The position numbers were made by a program, and so were the translations under genes. From NCBI GenBank assembly GCA_965223345.1, contig CBDCWG010000012.1, positions 1,920,001 to 1,984,000 of the forward strand: a stretch of DNA of 64,000 nt, read 5' to 3'. Numbering within the stretch: the first letter of the stretch is position 1; every line of letters starts with the position of its first letter. Source of the stretch: Nitrospinales bacterium. Lineage in GTDB: Bacteria; Nitrospinota; Nitrospinia; Nitrospinales; VA-1. The notes beneath the pieces are model-generated. The model saw nothing but the letters and a program-made list of their open reading frames with translations. It was not told where the DNA came from and made no database searches. Below are positions 1-8,135 of this stretch, piece after piece.

Positions 1-162
1 CGTTGAAAAAAAATTATTTCTTTTACACGACCTGCCCCAAGTGCCTCAAAGTCTATGGCAAAAACTATGTGGTCGCCGTCGCCGAGGTGGCATGACGGAT
101 CGGAAACCGGGCCTGTAAAGAGCCCGGTTTCTCGAACCGAATCGGATTTCAACTTCTGTCGG

Positions 163-1608
163 TCAGGATCGATCGAGCCATTTTTCGATTCGATCGCCGT
201 AATCCGGATCGCATTTTCTAAAGTGCTGGATGTTCTTGAGCGCCAGATCTCGGGGGATCGACTGCATGGTACCGGCTATGGTAGCGGTCAGGCGATCCTT
301 TTGCTCTTCTGACAGGATGTTGTAAAGCGCGCCCGCCTGAGAAAAATCGTCGCTGCCGGTATGCGCTTCGTGGGCGTTGTAACGATCCGCGTCTCCCGCG
401 ATCATGAGGTACGGTTCCTTTACGGACGGATCCTGCACCGGACCGCCGAAACCGTTGGGTTCGTAATTATCCTGGCCGGCGGCGTTGCCATCGAAGCGCA
501 GCGCCCCGTCGCGTTGATAATTGTTGACCGCGTTTTTGGGGCGATTGACGGGCAGACTCTGATAATTGGCGCCGATCCGGTATCGCTGAGCATCGGGATA
601 GGCAAACAGCCGGGCCTGCAGCATCTTGTCCGGAGAAGCGCCGATTCCCGGCGGCATGTTGGCCGGAGAAAAAGCCGCCTGCTCCACCTCGGCAAAATAA
701 TTCTCCGGGTTGCGATTGAGTTCCAGGACGCCGACATCGATCAACGGGTAGTCCTTATGCGGCCAGACCTTCGTCAGGTCGAAGGGGTTCACGGCATAGG
801 TATCGGCCTCTTTCTCCGGCATGATCTGGATTTTCAGATTCCATTTGGGAAACTCTTTCCGTTCGATGGCTTCGAAAAGGTCCCTTCCCGCGTAATCCGG
901 ATCTTCACCGGCAATGCGGGCCGCCTCTTCTCCGTTTAAGCACTGGATCCCCTGGGCGGACTTGAAGTGAAATTTCACCCAGAACCGTTCTCCCGCTTTG
1001 TTCCAGAAAGCGAACGTGTGGCTTCCGTATCCGTTCATGAAGCGGTAGCCGTCGGGAATGCCCCGGTCGCTGAAGAGGATAGTCATCTGGTGCAGTGCCT
1101 GCGGGGCCTTGGCCCAGTAATCCCACATCCGCACCGGGTTTTTGTAACCGGTCTGCGGGTCGCGCTTTTGCGAATGGATGAAATCGGGAAACTTCAGCGG
1201 GTCCCGTTCGAAAAATACGGGCGTGTTGTTGCCCACCACATCCCAGATGCCCTCATCGGTGTAAAACTTGACCGCAAAGCCTCTGGGGTCGCGTTCGGTG
1301 TCGGCCGAACCCTTCTCACCCGCGACGGTGGAGAACCTTAAAAACACATCCGTCTTTTTCCCGACTTCACGGAACACATCCGCTTGCGTGTATTTCGTGA
1401 TGTCGTGCGTGACGGTGAAGGTGCCGTAAGCGCCCGAGCCCTTGGCGTGGACGACGCGTTCGGGAACGCGTTCGCGGTTGAAGTGCGCGAGTTTTTCAAT
1501 CAGGTGCATGTCCTGCAACAACACCGGGCCGCGTTCGCCTGCGGTCAAACTGTGCTGGTTTTCCGGTACGGGGTGTCCCCCGGCTGTGGTCAGAGTTTTG
1601 ACTTTCAT
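163..1608 (-). CDS. katA: Monofunctional heme catalase (small subunit type)
   Basis: Motifs [15 protein letters not shown] (catalytic His), [21 protein letters not shown] and RLFAYPD (proximal Tyr). Start placed at ATG 1608 after a GGAGG RBS; it overlaps the ankyrin gene stop (ATGA). Confidence 0.96.
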   Translation of the reverse strand: MKVKTLTTAGGHPVPENQHSLTAGERGPVLLQDMHLIEKLAHFNRERVPERVVHAKGSGAYGTFTVTHDITKYTQADVFREVGKKTDVFLRFSTVAGEKGSADTERDPRGFAVKFYTDEGIWDVVGNNTPVFFERDPLKFPDFIHSQKRDPQTGYKNPVRMWDYWAKAPQALHQMTILFSDRGIPDGYRFMNGYGSHTFAFWNKAGERFWVKFHFKSAQGIQCLNGEEAARIAGEDPDYAGRDLFEAIERKEFPKWNLKIQIMPEKEADTYAVNPFDLTKVWPHKDYPLIDVGVLELNRNPENYFAEVEQAAFSPANMPPGIGASPDKMLQARLFAYPDAQRYRIGANYQSLPVNRPKNAVNNYQRDGALRFDGNAAGQDNYEPNGFGGPVQDPSVKEPYLMIAGDADRYNAHEAHTGSDDFSQAGALYNILSEEQKDRLTATIAGTMQSIPRDLALKNIQHFRKCDPDYGDRIEKWLDRS

Positions 1609-2105
1609 GCTGTGGCCTCCTTTCGAAAATGGGATCGCATCAATCCCCACAGGATTTTTGTGAAATTCATCAGGCTTTGAAACCGGCTGTGGTTGGCTTT
1701 GGGTTGCAGCAGGGCCAACACCTGGCGTCGGCCAAACGCGCTGGCCCACTGTTCCGCGGTCATGCCCGTGTGATTTTTTACATCCTTGCGGGCGCCGTGA
1801 CGGATCAGAAGCTGGATCGCTTCCACATCCCCCTTGAACGCGGCCCCCATGAGGACGGTGTTGCCGGAAAAGTCCGAGGAGTTCGGATCGGCGCCGCGGC
1901 TCAGCAGCAATTCGGAAACGGCATGGTTTCCGTTGTAAACCGAGAGCATCAGGGGAGAGTGGCCCTTGTGATTCTTCCGGTTGAGGTCGCTCCCCGGATT
2001 TTGGTCCAAAAACGCCCCGGTTGCCTCAGCGTCGCTGCTTCTGGCCAGGGAAAAAAGGTTGTTCGGATTTCCAAATGTCGCTTTGTAGTCATTCCAGTTG
2101 CGCAT
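1605..2105 (-). CDS. Ankyrin-repeat protein (AnkB-like, catalase-associated)
   Basis: Ankyrin repeats [21 protein letters not shown] and [19 protein letters not shown]; directly upstream of and coupled to the catalase gene. Confidence 0.9.
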   Translation of the reverse strand: MRNWNDYKATFGNPNNLFSLARSSDAEATGAFLDQNPGSDLNRKNHKGHSPLMLSVYNGNHAVSELLLSRGADPNSSDFSGNTVLMGAAFKGDVEAIQLLIRHGARKDVKNHTGMTAEQWASAFGRRQVLALLQPKANHSRFQSLMNFTKILWGLMRSHFRKEATA

Positions 2106-2201
2106 GGTTTTCCTTTCTGGATGCAATCGTGGAACGGGTTGAAAAGGGTCCGATTCGGGTCTGCGTTCATGAACTGGATCCAGTGTGCCTGAAAACGTTT
2201 T

Positions 2202-2246
2202 ATAGATAAAATCTTATAAATTTATATTTATATAGATTTAATCTAT
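2202..2246. promoter_or_regulatory. Putative OxyR/LysR-type operator upstream of the ankyrin-catalase operon
   Basis: Perfect ATAG-N7-CTAT at 2232-2246 and a near copy ATAG-N7-CTTA at 2202-2216, within an AT-rich promoter region. Confidence 0.55.
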
Positions 2247-2355
2247 TTTATGTGACGGGTGGAGGGGGGATTGGGAAAGGGGTGATTGGGCTGCAAAAGC
2301 GGGTACGTCCGGTCAAACGGACTCAGGAGTTCGAAGGTCGCCGAAGAGTGAGAAT

Positions 2356-2383
2356 AAAAAAAACCGGGTCCCGAAGGACCCGG
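2356..2383 (-). terminator. Rho-independent terminator after the lipoprotein pair
   Basis: Hairpin CCGGGTCC-cgaa-GGACCCGG (2364-2383) with A8 at 2356-2363, which is the U-tail on the minus strand. Confidence 0.85.
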
Positions 2384-2436
2384 CTCCTGGTTGCCATCAA
2401 TGTTGCCATCAATTTAAAAAAACATCGGACCGGATA

Positions 2437-3063
2437 TCAGAGCTTGCTCATAATTTGTTGTGCCAGAGCCTGCGACTTCTCCAGAGCGATTTTCTGATTT
2501 TCCATTCCGTTCAACGTGATATGCAAATGATAATGTTTGTTCCAATAGACAAAAATTGCGAATGATTTCGGCGAGGTCACCTGAATCGTAAGATCTCCCG
2601 GCCCGGAAATCTCCTTTGTTACCATTTGCATTTCTTCAAACTCTTTTTTCTGTCTGTCATCAAACGCATCTTTAGCATCAGTGGGGTTTTCTTTATTACC
2701 GGCATAGGAAATCATTAAAAATACGGATTTGTAGAGTCCGGATTCCTTGCCTGAAATGGCGCAATGAGATTTTTTGTTGTTTTCGGTATTGTAACTTTGA
2801 AGCAGCTTGTCTGTGGCGCGGTTTGGTTCACCAGGGGGCTCGCCCAGGAGCGCTGCAAGATCCGTTTCGGCCAGCAACGCACAGGCATCGAAGTTCACTT
2901 TTGAGGCCGCCGGGCTCGCCGCTGATTTTGCCTGCGAGCCGTCCTCGGATTTGCCGCAGGCGGCAAGAGGGATGCCCATGAGCAGGAAAGCCAGCGTCAG
3001 GGCTAAAGGAGTGGAGATGCGCCGGAACGAACCGGGACTTTTTCTACGGTCGAATGATTGCAT
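2437..3063 (-). CDS. Lipoprotein of unknown function (paralog 2)
   Basis: Lipobox LAAC, then GKSEDGSQ and DACALL; similar to 3100-3711. Confidence 0.8.
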   Translation of the reverse strand: MQSFDRRKSPGSFRRISTPLALTLAFLLMGIPLAACGKSEDGSQAKSAASPAASKVNFDACALLAETDLAALLGEPPGEPNRATDKLLQSYNTENNKKSHCAISGKESGLYKSVFLMISYAGNKENPTDAKDAFDDRQKKEFEEMQMVTKEISGPGDLTIQVTSPKSFAIFVYWNKHYHLHITLNGMENQKIALEKSQALAQQIMSKL

Positions 3064-3099
3064 GCGGTTTGAATCCTCTGTGGCGTTTAAATTCGGTTG

Positions 3100-3711
3100 C
3101 TAGATTTTGCTCAGGACGTGCCGGGCGATCGTTTTGGCGGCTTCAAAAGCTTTGGCTTCGTCCTCCATTCCCATGATCTGGGCGTTCAGCTGATAGTGTT
3201 TTTTCCAGAACACCCAGAGCTGAAACGATCCCGGCATCTGGACCTTGACCGCCACATCCCCGATTCCAGAGATTTCTTCCGCTTTGATCTCGAACTCCTG
3301 GGCCAGCTTTGTTTGGCTGTCCACGAAGGCGGCGCCGTTGACAGGGTTTTCCTGGTTGGCCACGTGCTTGAGCATCAACGTCGCCCCTTTGTAGATCGAA
3401 CTTTTCGCCGAAAAGCTACAATGGGCGATGGTGACGCCGGCCGCTTTGGTTTTTTGCAACAGATCGTGCGTGGTCCGCTCCGCCTCGCCGACCGCCTCAC
3501 CCAGCAGCGCTGCGGGGTCCGCCCCGGCCAGCAACCCACAGGCATCCAATTTGACATTGGTTGTCGCCGCCGATTTTGTCTGCGAGCCGTCCTCGGATTT
3601 GCCGCAGGCGGCAAGCAAAAGACCTGTCAGCAAGCAGGCCATCGTCAGAGCCAAAGGGGGAAGGGGGGATCCAAACGAACGGGAACGTTTATTAGAGATA
3701 GCTGGTTTCAT
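3100..3711 (-). CDS. Lipoprotein of unknown function (paralog 1)
   Basis: Lipobox LAAC, GKSEDGSQ, DACGLL. Start chosen at ATG 3711 to avoid overlap with the upstream gene. Confidence 0.8.
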   Translation of the reverse strand: MKPAISNKRSRSFGSPLPPLALTMACLLTGLLLAACGKSEDGSQTKSAATTNVKLDACGLLAGADPAALLGEAVGEAERTTHDLLQKTKAAGVTIAHCSFSAKSSIYKGATLMLKHVANQENPVNGAAFVDSQTKLAQEFEIKAEEISGIGDVAVKVQMPGSFQLWVFWKKHYQLNAQIMGMEDEAKAFEAAKTIARHVLSKI

Positions 3712-3716
3712 CGGTT

Positions 3717-3953
3717 TCAATCTTTTGCCCATGCGGGCATGGCGTTCATGTAGTGTCTGGCGCGCGCCAGCGCCTTCCCGTCGTTCAGATCCGGTTGCCA
3801 GGTCTTGAACCAATCGACGATGCTCTTTTCCACGTCACTGCGGGATTTCAGGTTTCCCTTGTCATCCGTGCAGTATTTGCAGTGGTTTTCGCTGGGGCCT
3901 TTGAAATTCGGCATGGCAAGCGGGGCGGCACAGGAGTGACAGAATGTGTCCAC
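3717..3953 (-). CDS. Putative zinc-ribbon domain protein (Zn_ribbon_2-like)
   Basis: FCHSCAAPL...HCKYCTD..G pattern; GTG start after an AGAAAGG RBS. Confidence 0.8.
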   Translation of the reverse strand: MDTFCHSCAAPLAMPNFKGPSENHCKYCTDDKGNLKSRSDVEKSIVDWFKTWQPDLNDGKALARARHYMNAMPAWAKD

Positions 3954-4146
3954 GGTCGCGTTCCTTTCTCATACCAGCTCGATTTTGATATTCAAATCGG
4001 AACAAAACCCACGCAGACGGTTCGTATCATGAATTTTCGCATGATTGTAAGACGTCCCGGAGTGGAAATTATTCCGCAAAAGGGTGCGGTTTCCCGCCGC
4101 GCGGGGTTCCCCGGCAGCGTCGCGATTCCTGAGGACGTGTTTTCAA

Positions 4147-5136
4147 TCATTTGGGTTTCACGCCGGTGAGGACGCCGGTGGGGATGGCCTGCACGCGGAA
4201 ATGGCGGATGTCGGTGATGCCCGCGCTCTCCAGCCACTGCGTTTTTTCCTGCACCGGATGCGCGCGGCCGCCCTCGGTGAGCATGCCCATGTTCAGGTTG
4301 AACAGGGCATCTTCCGTTGGCGCGGTGTCGCCCTCGTCGGTGCAGAAACCGTGGATGACGACGCGGCCGCCCGGCTCCAGCGCCCGCACCGCCTTTTCGA
4401 TCAGCGCCTGACCCGCATCGGGCGGGTACATGTGCAGCACGTTGGCCAGGAGCACCAGGTCGTAGCCGCCGCCGAAATCGTCCTTGTTGAAATCGCCCGG
4501 TTTCGTGTCCACCCGGTCCTGCAGCCCGTAGCGCTCGATATACAGCTCGGCCACCTTCAGCACGGGAGGGATGTCGAACACCGTGGCGCGCAGGTGGTCG
4601 TGCAATTTCGCCCATTCGAGCGCATAGGTGCCCGGCCCGCCGCCCACATCGAGCATCTTCGTGGCCTCGCCGATGGGCAGCTCGCGCGCCAGGAGCCAGG
4701 TGGCCTTGAGGCCCTTGTCGTGCATGGCGTCGATGAAGGCGCGCATGTTGTGCGGGTCGTTGCCCAGCATGTCCATGATGCTTTTGACTATGTTGCCGTA
4801 GCGGATGAAATCCGGCAGCTGGCCCCACACCGGCTGCAGGTCCATCGAGAGCTGGATCCACTGCTGCATCGAGTGGTCGCCGTCCTTGCACAGGTAGCTC
4901 TGCCAGTCCGCCGGCAGGTGAAACTTGTGGTGCTCCTTGCTGACGATGCCGAGGGCCACCAGCGCGTTGAGCAGCCGTTCGGTGCCCTTGACGGACAGGC
5001 CCAGCTTGTCCGCCACCGCTTCCGCCGAAATGGGCGCTTTGAGCTCGTCGAAGATTTTGAGGTGGTTCGCCGTCATGAGGACGCAGGCCGGCTGGTAGCC
5101 GTGCAGCATCGTGCCGATCGTTTTTTCGATTTCCAT
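4147..5136 (-). CDS. SAM-dependent O-methyltransferase (Methyltransf_2 with dimerisation domain)
   Basis: N-terminal wHTH dimerisation region, LDVGGGPG, FDIP, GDF and ANVLH motifs. Confidence 0.9.
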   Translation of the reverse strand: MEIEKTIGTMLHGYQPACVLMTANHLKIFDELKAPISAEAVADKLGLSVKGTERLLNALVALGIVSKEHHKFHLPADWQSYLCKDGDHSMQQWIQLSMDLQPVWGQLPDFIRYGNIVKSIMDMLGNDPHNMRAFIDAMHDKGLKATWLLARELPIGEATKMLDVGGGPGTYALEWAKLHDHLRATVFDIPPVLKVAELYIERYGLQDRVDTKPGDFNKDDFGGGYDLVLLANVLHMYPPDAGQALIEKAVRALEPGGRVVIHGFCTDEGDTAPTEDALFNLNMGMLTEGGRAHPVQEKTQWLESAGITDIRHFRVQAIPTGVLTGVKPK

Positions 5137-5272
5137 AACGCTTTCCTGATAAGGGGTTGTGGGTGTGGGACTATTGTATCAGCGCCGCCCCGGCGTGGGG
5201 GAAGGAATTTTATTCCTTACAATTGGTAAAAATCTGGGGAAAGTTGGGGGGAGGGGAAAAGGCCAGGGGGGA

Positions 5273-5300
5273 ACCGCAAAGACGCAAAGAACGCAAAGGA
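5273..5300 (+). repeat. Motif B, left end of slot 1
   Basis: ACCGCAAAGACGCAAAGAACGCAAAGGA; 5283-5300 is a perfect 18-bp inverted match to 5676-5693. Confidence 0.85.
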
Positions 5301-5337
5301 AGAGAAGAAAAAAACAACCGTTTCAAAATTGACTGAA

Positions 5338-5642
5338 TTAAAAAAAATACACATAAGTAAATAATAATAAGATGGCACAAAGAAAAATATAAACAATCTT
5401 AGATTCTTTTATTTTTAACCAGTTATTGAATTTAAAGCACAGATATCCAACGACTGAAAAAAATAATAATGCGCTTAAGGGTCTAAAAGCGCTGTTTACA
5501 GCATCAAATTGCTTAAATAAGAGGGTGTTGAGATTTACCGAGGCCAATCCAAAAAATATCAAATACAAGCAACTCGTTAATGCTCTAAGGCGGATATACG
5601 GTTTTCTAAATGAGAAGACTACTCGGCTATCTTTTTTTTCAT
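5338..5642 (-). CDS. AT-rich small membrane protein, frameshifted near its start (or starting at TTG 5568)
   Basis: Three hydrophobic segments in the open frame. The ATG at 5642 is out of frame by one base across an A8 tract. Confidence 0.5.
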
Positions 5643-5675
5643 GTTATTATTTTAGGCCATCGAATAACAACGTCG

Positions 5676-5695
5676 TCCTTTGCGTTCTTTGCGGT
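5676..5695 (-). repeat. Motif B, right end of slot 1 (inverted)
   Basis: TCCTTTGCGTTCTTTGCGGT, the reverse complement of ACCGCAAAGAACGCAAAGGA. Confidence 0.85.
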
Positions 5696-5706
5696 GAAAA
5701 GGGTTT

Positions 5707-5763
5707 TCACCGATTCTGCGACTTCATAGGCTTATCGATCTCGCGTTCGACCTCGTGTTTTTC
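5707..5763 (-). pseudogene. Orphan duplicate of the smpB 3' end
   Basis: Translates EKHEVEREIDKPMKSQNR*, versus SmpB C-terminus KKREADREIDKAMKSRNR* (12/18 identical). Confidence 0.85.
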
Positions 5764-5819
5764 ATGAAGGCATGGGCGTATCTGGAGTATATTGCTGCAA
5801 TCGGGCTGATGTTCAGGAC

Positions 5820-6347
5820 ATGATCGAAAAAATTGAAATCCGCGAGAACTTGCCGAGTGATCTCGCCTTGATCGAGAAGCTGTATTCGGACGCGTTCCCT
5901 GACGAGGATTTGCTGCCTCTGGTGATCGAGCTGTTGCAGGAAGCCCCTATTGTGCTTTCGCTCGTCGCGATGACCGGTGCGTCTCTCGCAGGACACGTAC
6001 TCTTCACGAAATGCAGCATTGCCGAAACTACGGACCGGGTTGCGCTTCTGGGGCCGCTCGCCGTTGCGCCCGCCTGGCAGAGGCAGGGGGTCGGCCGTGC
6101 GATTGTCCGCGCGGGCTTAGAACGGCTGAAAAATGCCGGTGTGACCCAGGTCTACGTGCTTGGCGACCCGGCCTATTACGGGGGTCTGGGGTTTGTGCCT
6201 GAGACTGGCGTTGCGCCACCGTATCCCTTGCCGGAGGAATGGCGCGGGGCATGGCAAACGATTATCCTGCACCCTGCCGAGTCGCCTCGCCGGGGCACAC
6301 TTTGCGTGCCGCAGCCCTGGCAGCAACCGAAGCTGTGGGCGCCTTGA
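5820..6347 (+). CDS. GNAT family N-acetyltransferase (YhbS-like)
   Basis: LLGPLAVAPAWQRQGVGRAIV and VLGDPAYYGGLGF motifs. Confidence 0.9.
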   Translation: MIEKIEIRENLPSDLALIEKLYSDAFPDEDLLPLVIELLQEAPIVLSLVAMTGASLAGHVLFTKCSIAETTDRVALLGPLAVAPAWQRQGVGRAIVRAGLERLKNAGVTQVYVLGDPAYYGGLGFVPETGVAPPYPLPEEWRGAWQTIILHPAESPRRGTLCVPQPWQQPKLWAP

Positions 6348-6361
6348 TCCTGGATCAAGGC
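6341..6361. repeat. Perfect palindrome between the convergent GNAT and smpB genes
   Basis: GCCTTGATCC-T-GGATCAAGGC, spanning the GNAT stop codon. Confidence 0.6.
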
Positions 6362-6380
6362 CGTTTGCACAAAAAGGGAT

Positions 6381-6839
6381 CTATCGGTTTCTGGATTTCA
6401 TGGCTTTGTCGATCTCGCGGTCGGCTTCGCGTTTTTTGATGGTGGCGCGTTTGTCGTGCAGCTTTTTGGCTTTCGCCAGGGAGAGTTCGAGCTTGGCTTT
6501 GCCGTCCTTGAAGTACATCTTGAGGGGGATCAGGTTGTAGCCCTTTTCCTGGGATTTGCCGATCAGCCGGTTGATCTCGCGTTTGTTGAGTAGCAGCTTG
6601 CGCTTGCGCAGCGGGTGGTGGCTGAACTGGCTGGCTGGGGAGTAGGGGTTGATGTGGCAGTTGTGCAGCCAGATCTCGCCGCGCTCGACGGTGGCGTAGC
6701 TGTCGAGCATATTGGCCTTGCCCTCGCGCAGCGATTTCACTTCGCTGCCCTTGAGCACAATCCCGGCTTCCAGGCTCTCTTCGATGAAGTAGTTGTGCCG
6801 GGCTTTCTTGTTCTGGCAGATGATTTTGATTCCGTCCAT
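6381..6839 (-). CDS. smpB: SsrA-binding protein SmpB
   Basis: NKKARHNYFIEESLEAGIVLKGSEVKSLR, RKRKLLL and KKLHDKR motifs. Confidence 0.98.
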   Translation of the reverse strand: MDGIKIICQNKKARHNYFIEESLEAGIVLKGSEVKSLREGKANMLDSYATVERGEIWLHNCHINPYSPASQFSHHPLRKRKLLLNKREINRLIGKSQEKGYNLIPLKMYFKDGKAKLELSLAKAKKLHDKRATIKKREADREIDKAMKSRNR

Positions 6840-6855
6840 GGATAAAAGAATATTA

Positions 6856-6872
6856 GACAGGATTAACAGGAT
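6856..6872 (+). repeat. Motif A, left end of slot 2
   Basis: GACAGGATTAACAGGAT; its complement encodes the last codons and stop of the GxxExxY gene. Confidence 0.85.
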
Positions 6873-7243
6873 GTCTTTAAATCTTTCACTTTTCTTTTGA
6901 TTTCGACTTTTTCTTCCCCGAAATTGATCAAAAGTCCCACTTGTTTTCCCGTTGCAGCCAGATAATTGACCAACTGGACTTCATGTGCCTGGGAGACACT
7001 TTTTACAGATTTTAATTCGATTAAAATAGAATCGTTGACCAACAGATCCACCACGAAATTTCCAACAGGTGTGTTTTCGTAGAAAACGGTTATAGGCTTT
7101 TGAGCTTCAATATTCAAACCCTGTTTTTCAAGTTCGAGAATTAGGCATTTTTCGTAGACGGATTCCAGAAAGCCAAATCCCATTTTGTTGTAAACCCGAT
7201 ACGCGCAACCGATGATTTTTTCTCTTATTTCTTTGAATTCCAT
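6863..7243 (-). CDS. GxxExxY protein (PD-(D/E)XK nuclease superfamily, PDDEXK_3)
   Basis: GFLESVY (GxxExxY), DLLV...IELK catalytic motif, QLVNYL..GLLINFG; AT-rich relative to its neighbours. Confidence 0.93.
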   Translation of the reverse strand: MEFKEIREKIIGCAYRVYNKMGFGFLESVYEKCLILELEKQGLNIEAQKPITVFYENTPVGNFVVDLLVNDSILIELKSVKSVSQAHEVQLVNYLAATGKQVGLLINFGEEKVEIKRKVKDLKTSC

Positions 7244-7265
7244 GGTTTTGAAGTTATCGGATTGT

Positions 7266-7282
7266 ATCCTGTTATCCTGTCC
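7266..7282 (-). repeat. Motif A, right end of slot 2 (inverted)
   Basis: ATCCTGTTATCCTGTCC; contains the stop codon of the 7272-8063 gene. Confidence 0.85.
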
Positions 7283-8063
7283 GGGTTTTTAGCTTCAGGG
7301 TCACACGGGTGCCCACTTTGGCTTTGAGTTTCTTCGCGGCGCTGGTTTCGCGGCAGAAGATTTCGACCGCATCCCAGCTGTTGATCAGCCAGCCGGGTTC
7401 CCCCTTTTTGCAGGCCGCGTAATTCGGGAACGGACCGGCGATTTCGCGCTCACTCAATAAAACCTTATATTTTTCAATATCTTGCGGGCTGTTTCCGAGG
7501 GCGTCGCCTTTAAGGTTGCTCATGAGGTTGCCGAACCGGTCTATGTGCACGATCTCCCCGCGTAGGCCGGTCTGAGTTTTTTCCGCCAGCGGCAGGGTGA
7601 GCGTGACCGGATCGCTGATTTTTTTTCCCATCTGGGCCAGAGAGGTTCCTCTCGCGATCCAGGCGGCGACGGGGGCGAAAACGTCCCGGCCGTGGAAGGT
7701 TGCGGACACTTTTTTGAGGAAATATTTCCGGTTGCCGAGGGCGACCACGCGGCTGCGCGGGCCGAGAACCGGCGTCAGCACGCCGTTGTCGGGTGCGACG
7801 AAAAACGCGCCGCCTGATTTTACGGCCAGCGCGCGCCGCTCGCTGCCGACGCCGGGATCGACGACGACGCAGTGCACGGTGCCTTCCGGGAACCAGGGAT
7901 GCGCCGCTTCCAGAACGTGTGCGGCCTGCAGGACGTTTCCGGGTTCGACGGCGTGGCTGATATCGACGAGGCGCGCCTCCGGTGCGATGCCCAGAATGAT
8001 GCCTTTCAGGATGCCGACGAACGGGTCGTCGAGGCCGAAATCGGTGGTCAGGGTGATGATCAT
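7272..8063 (-). CDS. SAM hydroxide adenosyltransferase (DUF62, chlorinase/fluorinase family)
   Basis: IITLTTDFG, VVDPGVGSERR, APDNG, TFHGRDVF and IDRFGN motifs. Confidence 0.93.
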   Translation of the reverse strand: MIITLTTDFGLDDPFVGILKGIILGIAPEARLVDISHAVEPGNVLQAAHVLEAAHPWFPEGTVHCVVVDPGVGSERRALAVKSGGAFFVAPDNGVLTPVLGPRSRVVALGNRKYFLKKVSATFHGRDVFAPVAAWIARGTSLAQMGKKISDPVTLTLPLAEKTQTGLRGEIVHIDRFGNLMSNLKGDALGNSPQDIEKYKVLLSEREIAGPFPNYAACKKGEPGWLINSWDAVEIFCRETSAAKKLKAKVGTRVTLKLKTRTG

Positions 8064-8135
8064 GCTTCCAGTTTAAAGGAAGGACGGCTTTGGGGCCAAC
8101 CCTTGTTGGGAGGCAACCCCTGTTGCGATAGAGGT

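Noticed and set aside
2390..2413. 12-bp tandem duplication GTTGCCATCAAT x2
   Set aside because: Isolated two-copy repeat in a 3' UTR; most simply replication slippage.
5273..5300. Tandem CGCAAAG and ACAGGAT units as a CRISPR array or microsatellite
   Set aside because: Only 2-3 short units, no spacers and no cas genes; they occur as inverted pairs instead.
5140..6380. tmRNA (ssrA) gene or prophage att site next to smpB
   Set aside because: No tmRNA termini or tag-peptide frame were recognised and there is no integrase; the duplicated piece is smpB coding sequence.
7272..8063. SAM-dependent halogenase, possibly with the TPMT-like gene as a halogen pathway
   Set aside because: It has the Asp-Arg-His pattern (VDPG, RR, FHGRD) of DUF62 hydrolases, and the TPMT-like gene is 22 kb away.
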